NCBI GenBank assembly: GCA_045577235.1
Contig: JAZNHY010000039.1
Location: 1-48,444 of the forward strand
DNA from: Lachnospiraceae bacterium
GTDB lineage: Bacteria; Bacillota; Clostridia; Lachnospirales; Lachnospiraceae
Length of the DNA stretch: 48,444 bases
Direction: 5' to 3'
A program made the translations under genes and the position numbers. Shown here in pieces: positions 17,264-26,628 of the stretch (positions are counted from its first letter, which is position 1; each line of letters begins with the position of its first letter). The notes beneath the pieces are model-generated. The model was not told the DNA's origin, searched no databases, and saw only the letters and a list, made by a program, of their open reading frames with translations.

Positions 17264-18732
17264 TATCCAAATGAGAAGGTATTTCCGGATGACCGGTTCA
17301 ATCTGTACAGTTCTCCGGTCTGATCATTAATGCCGTAATAAGTTGTGGCCTGAACGTTCTGCCCATCATTCAGATAATCCACCTGGATCACATAATAGCA
17401 TTCATTTTCTATGATCGTGGTGCCTCCACGGTTGATCCTGCGGATGCCGCCGCCCGGAACTTTGTACTGTCCGCTGTCATCCGGTTTATCATCCTCGATC
17501 AAACCTTCTTCCAGAAGATCATATAAGACAACCTCAAATGCATAGTCCTCGGAAACCTGCGGTTCAACGATCAGATTATAAACGTAAGATGCCACTTCAC
17601 TCTTCACACCACTCTTATCAATAGCGATCGCGTTGAGGACATAATTTCCACGTTTCATCTGGATTGGTCCAGTATATAGCGTAGAGTTCTTGGATGGCGT
17701 AGACCCGTCATACGTATAATAAATATCCGCATCCTCAGGCCCGTAAATATAGATATATTCTTCCTCCCAATAATCTCCGCTGTCCGGTTCCATATAAGGA
17801 GGAGCGATCTCAGAACGAACGAGTGTAAAATGAAACGTTGACTTTCCTTTAATTATAGGAGCATTCGGAGAATAAGAAACCACTTTCAATGTGATAGCCA
17901 TATTATCTCCGTTAAGGTCTTCATTTGTAAACCGGATAGGCTGGCCATAAGGGACAGACTGTCTGTTCGGCTCATTCCCGTCCAATGTATAGTACATTTT
18001 ATTATTTTGATCAGACATGATCGTGAGATCAAAAGGCGTGGAATAAGTACCGCCTTCTTCTACATTGGAAGTGATCACATCAGGCGCATCCTTATCAGAT
18101 TCTTCTTGTTTCTTTTTTCCGGTCACGCCAATAATAATACCAATGGCAGCGATCAGGACGACTGCTCCGATAATGGAGAACAGAATGATCCGTTTTCTCT
18201 TTTTCCGTCTCCGCTCTTTTGCACGCGCTCTGATACGGGAAAGATCGCGGTCAGAACGTCTGCCGTTCCCGCCTTTTCCTGTTTGTGTTTCTTCCTGTTC
18301 TGTCAGTTCTTCCTGCTCATCAAATTCATCTTCATCTTCTTCATCGGAAAGATCATCATAGATCTGTGTTCCGTCAACAGAAAAGACCGTGTCTTTCCCA
18401 TAAATTGCTTTGGTGATAGCGATCGTGTCACCATTCTCACTTTCATGACGCGGTTTTTCCCCGATAATGGTCAATTCCGGAACCGGTGCGGAACGGTTGT
18501 CTTTTTTACTGACGACCACCGTTTTTTCCGCTTCCTGATTCTCAGCCGTTTTTCTTATCGGCCTGTTGGATTCAGAAGGATTGAAATCTTTATCATTTAA
18601 GAATTGATCGACCTTACCTCCGATTTCTGCCTGGATAAAATCATAGTCAGCAGTCATCCGTAAAGGCGCTCCACAATTTGGACAGAATACTTCCAAATTG
18701 TCGACTTCAATTCCGCATTCTTTACAACGCAT
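17263..18732 (-). CDS. Zinc-ribbon / single-pass membrane protein with two extracytoplasmic chitobiase-C-like (YYTLDG) repeats; function unknown
   Basis: It starts with an N-terminal CxxC...CxxC (MRCKECGIE..FCPNCGAP), followed by an acidic and basic linker and a TM segment (ILFSIIGAVVLIAAIGIIIGV). Two repeats contain MYYTLDGNEP and IYYTYDGSTPS. Its stop overlaps the rlmH ATG (TAATG). Confidence 0.6.
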   Translation of the reverse strand: MRCKECGIEVDNLEVFCPNCGAPLRMTADYDFIQAEIGGKVDQFLNDKDFNPSESNRPIRKTAENQEAEKTVVVSKKDNRSAPVPELTIIGEKPRHESENGDTIAITKAIYGKDTVFSVDGTQIYDDLSDEEDEDEFDEQEELTEQEETQTGKGGNGRRSDRDLSRIRARAKERRRKKRKRIILFSIIGAVVLIAAIGIIIGVTGKKKQEESDKDAPDVITSNVEEGGTYSTPFDLTIMSDQNNKMYYTLDGNEPNRQSVPYGQPIRFTNEDLNGDNMAITLKVVSYSPNAPIIKGKSTFHFTLVRSEIAPPYMEPDSGDYWEEEYIYIYGPEDADIYYTYDGSTPSKNSTLYTGPIQMKRGNYVLNAIAIDKSGVKSEVASYVYNLIVEPQVSEDYAFEVVLYDLLEEGLIEDDKPDDSGQYKVPGGGIRRINRGGTTIIENECYYVIQVDYLNDGQNVQATTYYGINDQTGELYRLNRSSGNTFSFG

Positions 18733-18837
18733 TACGGTTTCTCCAAAAATTACTAAAAGCTACCTTATATGTTAAGAATTTTAGCAAATAAACATTGATA
18801 TTAAGTTAAAAAACTATTACAAAAGTATTACGCAAGA

Positions 18838-18856
18838 AGAGCGGTTTTTCCGCTCT
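18838..18856 (-). terminator. Candidate terminator hairpin after the 192-aa membrane protein gene
   Basis: agagcgg-ttttt-ccgctct is a 7-bp stem. Only a weak T-rich tail follows on the minus strand. Confidence 0.45.
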
Positions 18857-18861
18857 CCTCA

Positions 18862-19440
18862 TCACTCTTCTTCCGTTTTTTTCTTTACGACTTTGATCTT
18901 ATTCTTCACTTTCGCCTGCACAATAAACAGGAACAAGGAAAGCAGGAAAAGAACAAATGCCCCGATCATCCAAGGCAATTCTGTTTGAAAAGTAAAATAC
19001 TCTTTGTAATTGATCAAAAAAACAATATTACCAATTATAGAAAGTAAAAACAGAATTGGTAAGATCCAGCTGGCTACTTTGATCCTTCGGTAGCAGGCAT
19101 AAATATCCCGGTATGTCATTTCCGGTTTCAGCTTAAACGCACCGGCAGCCCCCATGACCATATAGATCATCGGAATCACACTGACATACCAGAATGCCCC
19201 AACATATAACACCGTGTCTCTCCCAATACTTTTGACCAGGGAAAAGAAGATCCAGAGAAGTACGATCAGTGCCGGCACTGCGATAAAGCAGATCTTCAAG
19301 AGCCGGAAGGCTTTCGGGGACAGATCAAACGCATAGTAATCATCGTTATATGTCCATACCGTCCTTACCCTCCCGGAGGAAGACATTTCTTTCCGGCTCT
19401 CCCATCCGTTAAAGTACCAGTTTCTTTTACGACCTAACAT
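18862..19440 (-). CDS. Hypothetical integral membrane protein (about 4 TM)
   Basis: It has four hydrophobic segments and a Lys-rich C-terminus, with no recognisable motif. It lies 2 nt downstream of alaS. Confidence 0.5.
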   Translation of the reverse strand: MLGRKRNWYFNGWESRKEMSSSGRVRTVWTYNDDYYAFDLSPKAFRLLKICFIAVPALIVLLWIFFSLVKSIGRDTVLYVGAFWYVSVIPMIYMVMGAAGAFKLKPEMTYRDIYACYRRIKVASWILPILFLLSIIGNIVFLINYKEYFTFQTELPWMIGAFVLFLLSLFLFIVQAKVKNKIKVVKKKTEEE

Positions 19441-19442
19441 AT

Positions 19443-22064
19443 TTACAGAAGTGTTTTGACTGTCTCCAACGCTTCTTCGATACCTGCAGGATTCTTTCCT
19501 CCAGCCTGAGCCATATTCGGTCGGCCGCCGCCGCCACCGCCAACAATTGGTGCGATCGCTTTAATAATATTTCCTGCATGGGCGCCTTTATCCATAGCTC
19601 CTTGTGTTACCGTAACGATCAGGTTGACTTTGCCGTCTACAACCGATGCCAAAGCCACAACACCGTCTCCGATCTTCTCTTTGATCTGATCGCCGAGTTC
19701 ACGCAGCTGGTTCATATCGACACCTTCCAGTTTTCGTGTGACCAGATTCATACCATTGACAACTTCTGCCTCGATTTCACCTAATGCATCTTTTGCAGAA
19801 GCGCTCTTGATCTTTGCGATCTCTGCCTGAAGGTCACGGATCTGTGTCTGCATGTCTTCAATCTTTTTCGCAAGCTGCTCAGGCTCTGCTTTTGCTTTTA
19901 AAGCTGCCTGATGGAACTGTTCTTCCATCTTAGCGTAATAACGCAGTACCTGTTGTCCTGTAATAGCGGTTATTCTTCGTACGCCGGAAGCAACACTGCC
20001 TTCGGAAATGATCTTAAAGTTTCCGATCACAGATGTATTATCAACATGGGTTCCGCCGCATAATTCCTTGGAAAACTCACCCATTTTGACAACACGGACT
20101 TTATCACCGTATTTTTCACCAAAGAGAGCCATTGCACCGCTCTTTTTGGCTTCGTCAATATCCATGACATCCGTATGAACGGCAATTCCCTCTGCGATCT
20201 TATCGTTAACGATCTGTTCTACTTCTTTGATTTCTTCTGCAGTCAATGCGGAGAAATGTGTGAAGTCAAAACGAAGTTCCATATCTGTTACGTGAGATCC
20301 TGCCTGTTCTACATGGCTGCCTAATACTTTCCTTAATGCTGCCTGCAGCAAGTGTGTAGCACTGTGATTCTTTGCAGTATTTTTACGGATCACTGTATCG
20401 GTTTCCATTCTTACTGCATCACCGACCACAAACTGACCTTTTGATACAACTCCAACGTGCCCTGTCACGCCATTAGCAAGTGCAATGACATCCTTAACAA
20501 GAAACTCACTGTTGTCGGTTTTGATCACACCTTTATCAGCTTCCTGACCACCTTTGGTAGCATAGAACGGAGTTTTAGCAGTAATGATCGTACCCATGTC
20601 CCCTTCTGCAAGTGTTTCGACCACTGCGTCTTCTGAAGTCAGGGCTGTGATGACAGATTCATCCTGAAGGACATCATAACCTGTAAACTCTGTTGTCAGG
20701 GTTAATGGAAGTTCTTCATAAACAGTTGCATCAGCACCCATGTAATTGGTTGTTGCGCGTGCGCTTCTGGCTGTCTCTCTCTGAATCTCCATTTCTTTTT
20801 CAAAGCCCTCAACATCCACTGTCATACCGGAATCTTCCAGCACATCACTTGTCAGATCAAGAGGGAAGCCATAAGTATCATATAAACGGAACGCATCACT
20901 TCCGGAAAGTTCTGTCTTTCCATCCGCTTTTGCACTCTCGATCATTTCATTCAGTTTTTTCATGCCCTGATCCAGTGTCTTGTAGAAACGGTCTTCTTCG
21001 TTAGCCAGTGTCTTCAGGATCATAGCCTTCTTTTCTTCCAGTTCCGGATAAGCATCTTTGGAACATTCAATAACGGTTTCACTCAGGATCGGCATAAAAT
21101 GATCAGCTATTCCCAGCATACGAATGTGGCGGGCAGCTCTCCGGATCAGTCGTCTGAGAACGTAGCCTCTGCCTTCATTGGAAGCATTAATTCCATCAGA
21201 GATCATAAATGTAGCACTACGGATATGGTCAGTGATCAGGCGGATAGAGATATCCTTTTTCTCATCTGTATGATAGATCACGCCTGCAGCCTCACAGACT
21301 TTATCACGGATCGCACAGATGGTATCCACATCAAAAATGGAATCGACGCCCTGAGAAACAACAGCAAGACGCTCTAAGCCCATTCCGGTATCAATATTCT
21401 TATTTTCCAGTTCTATATATCCGCCCTTACCATCACCGTCGAACTGTGTAAACACGTCATTCCAGACTTCCATGTAGCGGTCGCAGTCACAGCCTACTTT
21501 GCAGTCCGGTTTACCGCAGCCATATTCCTCGCCTCTGTCATAATAAACTTCGCTGCAAGGACCACAAGGACCAGCGCCATGCTCCCAGAAATTGTCTTCC
21601 TTGCCAAACCGGGAGATTCTCTCTGCAGGAATACCGATTACTTTGTTCCAGATATCAAATGCCTCGTCATCATCCAGATATACGGATGGATAAAGACGAT
21701 CCGGCTCCAGACCAACCCATTCTGTCAGGAATTCCCAGGTCCACTGTAATGCTTCTTTCTTAAAGTAATCTCCAAAGGAGAAATTACCCAGCATTTCGAA
21801 AAACGTTCCATGACGAGCCGTCTTTCCAACGTTTTCAATATCACCGGTACGGATACATTTCTGGCAGGTAGCAACTCTTCTGCGAGGCGGGATCTCCTGC
21901 CCGGTGAAATACGGCTTTAATGGTGCCATACCGGCATTGATCAAAAGAAGACTCTTGTCATTATGCGGTACCAGCGAAAAACTCTTCATGACCAGGTGTC
22001 CCTTGCTTTCAAAGAAATCCAGGAACATTTGTCTTAATTCATTTACTCCATATGATTTATGCAT
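19443..22064 (-). CDS. alaS: Alanine--tRNA ligase
   Basis: The protein is 873 aa. It carries FLDFFESKGH, FTNAGM-like INAGMAP, an editing-domain HSATHLL and CGGTHV, and a C-terminal DHHA1 GGGGGRPNMAQAGG. Confidence 0.95.
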   Translation of the reverse strand: MHKSYGVNELRQMFLDFFESKGHLVMKSFSLVPHNDKSLLLINAGMAPLKPYFTGQEIPPRRRVATCQKCIRTGDIENVGKTARHGTFFEMLGNFSFGDYFKKEALQWTWEFLTEWVGLEPDRLYPSVYLDDDEAFDIWNKVIGIPAERISRFGKEDNFWEHGAGPCGPCSEVYYDRGEEYGCGKPDCKVGCDCDRYMEVWNDVFTQFDGDGKGGYIELENKNIDTGMGLERLAVVSQGVDSIFDVDTICAIRDKVCEAAGVIYHTDEKKDISIRLITDHIRSATFMISDGINASNEGRGYVLRRLIRRAARHIRMLGIADHFMPILSETVIECSKDAYPELEEKKAMILKTLANEEDRFYKTLDQGMKKLNEMIESAKADGKTELSGSDAFRLYDTYGFPLDLTSDVLEDSGMTVDVEGFEKEMEIQRETARSARATTNYMGADATVYEELPLTLTTEFTGYDVLQDESVITALTSEDAVVETLAEGDMGTIITAKTPFYATKGGQEADKGVIKTDNSEFLVKDVIALANGVTGHVGVVSKGQFVVGDAVRMETDTVIRKNTAKNHSATHLLQAALRKVLGSHVEQAGSHVTDMELRFDFTHFSALTAEEIKEVEQIVNDKIAEGIAVHTDVMDIDEAKKSGAMALFGEKYGDKVRVVKMGEFSKELCGGTHVDNTSVIGNFKIISEGSVASGVRRITAITGQQVLRYYAKMEEQFHQAALKAKAEPEQLAKKIEDMQTQIRDLQAEIAKIKSASAKDALGEIEAEVVNGMNLVTRKLEGVDMNQLRELGDQIKEKIGDGVVALASVVDGKVNLIVTVTQGAMDKGAHAGNIIKAIAPIVGGGGGGRPNMAQAGGKNPAGIEEALETVKTLL

Positions 22065-22101
22065 GATATGCCTCCAACTAATAATATGCTTTTTCGGAAA
22101 T

Positions 22102-22126
22102 AAGGCGGCACATGCGGTGCCGCCTT
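22102..22126 (-). terminator. Intrinsic terminator after tyrS
   Basis: aaggcggca-catgcgg-tgccgcctt is a 9-bp GC-rich stem. It is followed on the minus strand by ttatttcc. Confidence 0.6.
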
Positions 22127-22132
22127 GATTGA

Positions 22133-23359
22133 TTATTTCACAATGATCTTGACTGCTTTTTTCTTTCCTTTTTTCAGAACAAGTGCTCCATCTGTAAGAT
22201 CATTGTCGGAAAGTGTGCGTTTTACGTCTGTGACTTTTTCATCATTGACCAGAACTCCGCCACCTTCAATCAGACGTCTGCCGTCAGAACGGGTCCCTGC
22301 CAGGCCTGTGTCTACAAGAGCCTGGATGACATCCGCGGCAGCAAATGCTTCCTTTGTATATTCATAACTTGGCATGTGCTCACTCATACCAGAGCCGGCG
22401 AATACTTCTCTTGCTGCATTCTGTGCTTTTATTGCCTCTTCTTCGCCATGAACGATCTTCGTGACTTCAAATGCCAGAACTTCTTTTGCTTTATTGATTT
22501 CCGCACCTTCCAACGCACCAAGTCTTCTGACTTCCTCCATTGGCAGGAATGTCAGCAGTCCAAGACACTGCTCCACTTTCACGTCCTCAATATTTCTCCA
22601 ATACTGATAGAATTCATATGGGCTGGTCTTTTCCGGATCTAACCATAATGCACCGTTAACGGTCTTACCCATCTTGATGCCTTCTGATGTCGTCAGCAAA
22701 GTAAAGGTCAGACCATATGCCGGTTTCTGCTCTTTTCTGCGGATCAGTTCTACGCCGCCAATAATATTAGACCACTGATCATCGCCGCCCATCTGCAGAC
22801 AAACATCATACATCTGGTTCAGTTTCAGGAAATCGTAGGACTGCATGATCATATAGTTAAACTCGAAGAAAGTCAGACCTTTCTCCATTCTCTGCTTATA
22901 GCATTCTGCTGTCAGCATTCGGTTTACGGAAAAATGTACACCAACTTCACGCAGGAATTCCACGTAGTTCAGACTCAAAAGCCAATCTGCATTATTGGAA
23001 AAGATCATCTTTCCTTCAGAAGTATCCAGAAAATGACTGATCTGTTCTTTAAAACATTCCACATTGTGGTCGATCGTCTCTTTGGTCATCATTTTACGCA
23101 TATCGCTTTTTCCGGAAGGGTCACCAACCATCGTTGTTCCGCCGCCCATTAATGCGACCGGAATATGACCGGCTTTCTGCATATGGATCATCGCCATAAT
23201 TGTCAGGAAATGTCCGGCAGTCAGAGAATCCGCAGTTGCATCAAACCCGATATAGAACTTAACTTTTTCTCTGCCGAGCAGATCCCGCAGTTCTTCCGGA
23301 TGTGTGCACTGCGCGATAAACCCTCTTTCGGCTAAAACATCATATACATTCTGTGACAC
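22133..23359 (-). CDS. tyrS: Tyrosine--tRNA ligase
   Basis: The 408-aa protein has [15 protein letters not shown] (HIGH region), KMGKT (KMSKS) and a C-terminal S4 domain. It has a GTG start preceded by GGAGGGAGG inside the end of the CBS gene. Confidence 0.95.
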   Translation of the reverse strand: MSQNVYDVLAERGFIAQCTHPEELRDLLGREKVKFYIGFDATADSLTAGHFLTIMAMIHMQKAGHIPVALMGGGTTMVGDPSGKSDMRKMMTKETIDHNVECFKEQISHFLDTSEGKMIFSNNADWLLSLNYVEFLREVGVHFSVNRMLTAECYKQRMEKGLTFFEFNYMIMQSYDFLKLNQMYDVCLQMGGDDQWSNIIGGVELIRRKEQKPAYGLTFTLLTTSEGIKMGKTVNGALWLDPEKTSPYEFYQYWRNIEDVKVEQCLGLLTFLPMEEVRRLGALEGAEINKAKEVLAFEVTKIVHGEEEAIKAQNAAREVFAGSGMSEHMPSYEYTKEAFAAADVIQALVDTGLAGTRSDGRRLIEGGGVLVNDEKVTDVKRTLSDNDLTDGALVLKKGKKKAVKIIVK

Positions 23360-23785
23360 TTAGTTTCCTCCCTCCGGATGCTCGCGTGTATATTCATCAT
23401 GCATCCATTTCATGATTTCTTTTCTGGTCAGGATTCCAACAAATATTTCTTCATCATCCACGACCGGTACAAAATTCTGATTAACAGCTTTGTCCAGGAT
23501 CTCTTCGAATCCTGCATGAACTCCAATTGCTTTATAATCCCTTGTCCGTCTGACATTGCGGACAGGGAACTTGGCGGAGTCTTTTACGGATAAATTAAAG
23601 TTTTCTTTGATACAGCCCAGAATATCACCTGATGTGATAGTTCCGATATATCTTCCTTTTTTATTAATGATCGGGATCGCGGAAAAATTCCGGTGTTCCA
23701 TCGTTTGCAAAACTTTAAATAAAGTAGCTTCATCCGTAACATAATCGACATCACTTTTCGGTGTCAGACATGCAAGAATGTTCAT
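23360..23785 (-). CDS. CBS domain-containing protein
   Basis: The 141-aa protein has two CBS repeats (...AIPIINKKGRYIGTITSGDIL... and ...FVPVVDDEEIFVGILTRKEIM). Confidence 0.8.
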   Translation of the reverse strand: MNILACLTPKSDVDYVTDEATLFKVLQTMEHRNFSAIPIINKKGRYIGTITSGDILGCIKENFNLSVKDSAKFPVRNVRRTRDYKAIGVHAGFEEILDKAVNQNFVPVVDDEEIFVGILTRKEIMKWMHDEYTREHPEGGN

Positions 23786-23839
23786 TTTATTCCTCCGGGC
23801 ATGTTTCCAATCTTACTTATTTTAAAAACATGCCAAATT

Positions 23840-23868
23840 ATTATACTAAAAGCCTTCTTATTTCTCAA
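23840..23868 (-). promoter_or_regulatory. Sigma-A type promoter for the CBS-tyrS unit
   Basis: The reverse strand reads TTGAGA (23868-23863), a 17-nt spacer, then TATAAT (23845-23840). Confidence 0.55.
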
Positions 23869-23871
23869 GTT

Positions 23872-24450
23872 CTATAATAACAATCCGGTAAACCCGTAAA
23901 AGGCGATAGACATCAGACCGGCCGTTACTAAAAGGATCGGTACCCCTTCAAATGGTCCCGGAATATCGTTATATTTGATCTTTTCTCTTACTCCAGCCAT
24001 CAGGATCATTGCAATACCAAAACCAACTGCGCCGAAAATACTGAAAACAGTGCTTCGGATAAAACTATATCCAACCTCCACGTTGTTCAATATAATCCCA
24101 AGGACTGCACTATTAATAATGATCAGAGCCAGAAGTTCCTTGTAATGGTCATACAAGTTAACACTGATCTTCTTCATGACAAAAAGGACAAACCATACCA
24201 GTGCAGCCTCTACCAAAAGGAAAAGAATAGTAGACAAAAATGATATCTGCAGTTTATCCAGAACATATCTGCCGATCGGCCATGTGATAAGGGATGATAT
24301 GACCGTTACGAACAATACGCTGACTGAGATTCGGACAGATGTTGCAAGATCTTTGGAGTTGCGGATAAAACTATCCATTCCAAGAGACTGGGTAAGGACC
24401 AGATTATTAACAAACGCGGCGATAATTGCAGCATAGAATAATTTTGTCAT
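23872..24450 (-). CDS. rnfA: Rnf electron transport complex subunit A
   Basis: The 192-aa polytopic protein has FVNNLVLTQSLGM and is a paralog of RnfE. It sits in rnf operon context. Confidence 0.9.
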   Translation of the reverse strand: MTKLFYAAIIAAFVNNLVLTQSLGMDSFIRNSKDLATSVRISVSVLFVTVISSLITWPIGRYVLDKLQISFLSTILFLLVEAALVWFVLFVMKKISVNLYDHYKELLALIIINSAVLGIILNNVEVGYSFIRSTVFSIFGAVGFGIAMILMAGVREKIKYNDIPGPFEGVPILLVTAGLMSIAFYGFTGLLL

Positions 24451-25055
24451 GACCTGTGCCCTCCTCTGATCTTATTTGCTAAAGCCATAATGAAGGCTAA
24501 AATAATGCAGGCGCCAGGAGCCAAAGCAGTGAACGAGATGGTGTAGTCAGACGGGATCAGACGAATCCCAAAAATGGTGCCAAAAGCAATGATCTCCCTG
24601 ATCGCACCTAATAAGGTAATAATAAACGTATAGCCGATACCTGTTCCAATCGCGTCAAATAAGGCAATTCCCGGATTGCTGACATACGCACACCTTTCAG
24701 CACGATCGTAAATGACCCCATTGACAGCTGTTAACGGAATAAAAATACCAAGTGCTTCGCTGAAATCAGGAAGGTATGCTTTCAGGAACAGCTGACCAGC
24801 CACGGTAAAGCTTGCTGCAAGTAAAAGGTAGCCTAATAGCCTTTGCTCGTTCGGTATGATCTTTTTCAGTGCAGAAACAAAGACATTCGTCAGGATAAGC
24901 ACAGCGGTAGTAAAAGCACCCATTGCCAGTGCATATGCCGCTGTCGTGGAAACGGCAAGAACCGGACAAAGACCCAGACACAGAAACAGGATTGGGTTTT
25001 CTTTCCACAAACCGTAATAAAATCTTCGGAAGATGTTGTCTTTTTTCTCTTTCAC
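24447..25055 (-). CDS. rnfE: Rnf electron transport complex subunit E
   Basis: The 202-aa protein carries WKENPILFLCLGLCPVLAVST and IFIPLTAVNGVI. Confidence 0.9.
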   Translation of the reverse strand: MKEKKDNIFRRFYYGLWKENPILFLCLGLCPVLAVSTTAAYALAMGAFTTAVLILTNVFVSALKKIIPNEQRLLGYLLLAASFTVAGQLFLKAYLPDFSEALGIFIPLTAVNGVIYDRAERCAYVSNPGIALFDAIGTGIGYTFIITLLGAIREIIAFGTIFGIRLIPSDYTISFTALAPGACIILAFIMALANKIRGGHRS

Positions 25056-25666
25056 TCCAACAATCCTCCCATACTTTCATCTATAAACTCTAAAGTGATG
25101 ATAGCAGTATTGATTCCGTTAACCACTGTACCGGATGCATCTCTTGCCCCATTCGGTGCAGCAATCTCCGCATCGCTATGCGGCTCATCAGAAAGCACAA
25201 ATGTGGAAACATTTTTCCCGATAAACTGATTTTGAAAATCATCTTCCTTCACTTTACTTTCCAATCCCTTTGCATCAGAAATATCCAGGATCGTGTAGCC
25301 ATTGATCGTTCCGTTATTCTGAATACCCACTGCCATCTGGATCAGACCGCCATATTTTTTATAGCAATTTACGTAGATGATCAATCCTTTAACTGCATTC
25401 TGTTCATTTCTGGCATAAACCACATGATCGACAACCACATCCGTTGTATCATACCCTTGTTCTTCCAGATAAAGGGCAAGGAATCGTTTATTATAGGTTG
25501 CTTCCGAATAACGGACGGCATCCGGAAATACCTCTGAAATAACTCCATTTGCTTTTGCAGCTTCATTTGCTTTGATGATCCCGCGTGTATAGAAGAAAGA
25601 CCCTGTGATCAGAGCAATACAGAAGATCGGAATAATAAGAAACCATAAATTTTTATTGATCTTCAT
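25052..25666 (-). CDS. rnfG: Rnf electron transport complex subunit G (FMN-binding)
   Basis: The 204-aa protein has an N-terminal TM segment and an FMN_bind-like C-terminal region with ASGTV. It sits between rnfD and rnfE. Confidence 0.85.
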   Translation of the reverse strand: MKINKNLWFLIIPIFCIALITGSFFYTRGIIKANEAAKANGVISEVFPDAVRYSEATYNKRFLALYLEEQGYDTTDVVVDHVVYARNEQNAVKGLIIYVNCYKKYGGLIQMAVGIQNNGTINGYTILDISDAKGLESKVKEDDFQNQFIGKNVSTFVLSDEPHSDAEIAAPNGARDASGTVVNGINTAIITLEFIDESMGGLLE

Positions 25667-25670
25667 ACTG

Positions 25671-26609
25671 TCACGCCTCCTTTCCGAAGGTCTTTCTTCG
25701 GGTGATCCGCTCTATCAGCGGAACAACAAGGTTGCTTAAAATAATGGCGTAACAAATGCTGCCGTTAGTAGCGCCAAATAAGCGGAACGTACAGATCAAT
25801 GCTCCAACTAATGCTCCGTAGATCATCCTTCCCGGACGGGAAACCGGACTGGTCACATAATCGGTTGCCATGAAAAAGGCACCCAGCAGCATTCCGCCGC
25901 CAAGCATATGGGCGCCGATCAATGTAAAATCTATGCCTCCACGGGTCAGCAGTGAATAAATAGCTATATAAATAAAAGCAGCAAGCAAATAGCAAAGAGG
26001 GATCCGGAAATCAATGATCCTTCGGATAAACAGATAGATGGCTCCTATAATTAAGGCAAGTGCACATGTTTCTCCAATACAGCCGGATGTATTACCCAAA
26101 AACAGCTGAAGGAGATCTACACTGCCGCCGGCACGTAGTACATCCAAAGGTGTCGTGCTTAAAACGCCCTGGTAGACGAACAGATTCATCTGCCCGGTAA
26201 AACAGATCATCAAAAAGCATTTTGCAGCAGCGGCAGGATTCATAAAGTTCTGTCCTAATCCGCCAAAAAGAAGTTTCACGATCACTATAGCAAATGCAGA
26301 CCCTAATGCAGCCATCCATAAAGGAAGCTTAGGCGGAAGATTCAAAGAAAGGATCATGCCTGTCACAACCGCACTCAGATCACGGATCGTCATTTTCTTC
26401 TTTGTTAAAACATCCCACAGAAACTCCAAAATGACACATGTTGCAACGCAGACAAGTATCAGCAGGAGTGAATACCATCCAAAATTAAAGACGCCAAAAA
26501 TACATGCCGGAAGAAGCGCTATTGCTACATCCAGCATGATACGGCTTGTAGAAGCCTTATCTCTGATATGCGGGAAAAATGATATTCTCAGTTTTGTGTT
26601 TTCGTTCAA
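25671..26609 (-). CDS. rnfD: Rnf electron transport complex subunit D
   Basis: The 312-aa polytopic protein has SFFPHIRD...TSRIMLDV at its N-terminus, typical of RnfD/NqrB. Confidence 0.9.
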   Translation of the reverse strand: MNENTKLRISFFPHIRDKASTSRIMLDVAIALLPACIFGVFNFGWYSLLLILVCVATCVILEFLWDVLTKKKMTIRDLSAVVTGMILSLNLPPKLPLWMAALGSAFAIVIVKLLFGGLGQNFMNPAAAAKCFLMICFTGQMNLFVYQGVLSTTPLDVLRAGGSVDLLQLFLGNTSGCIGETCALALIIGAIYLFIRRIIDFRIPLCYLLAAFIYIAIYSLLTRGGIDFTLIGAHMLGGGMLLGAFFMATDYVTSPVSRPGRMIYGALVGALICTFRLFGATNGSICYAIILSNLVVPLIERITRRKTFGKEA

Positions 26610-26628
26610 ATCTGCTAATCCTGATTAA

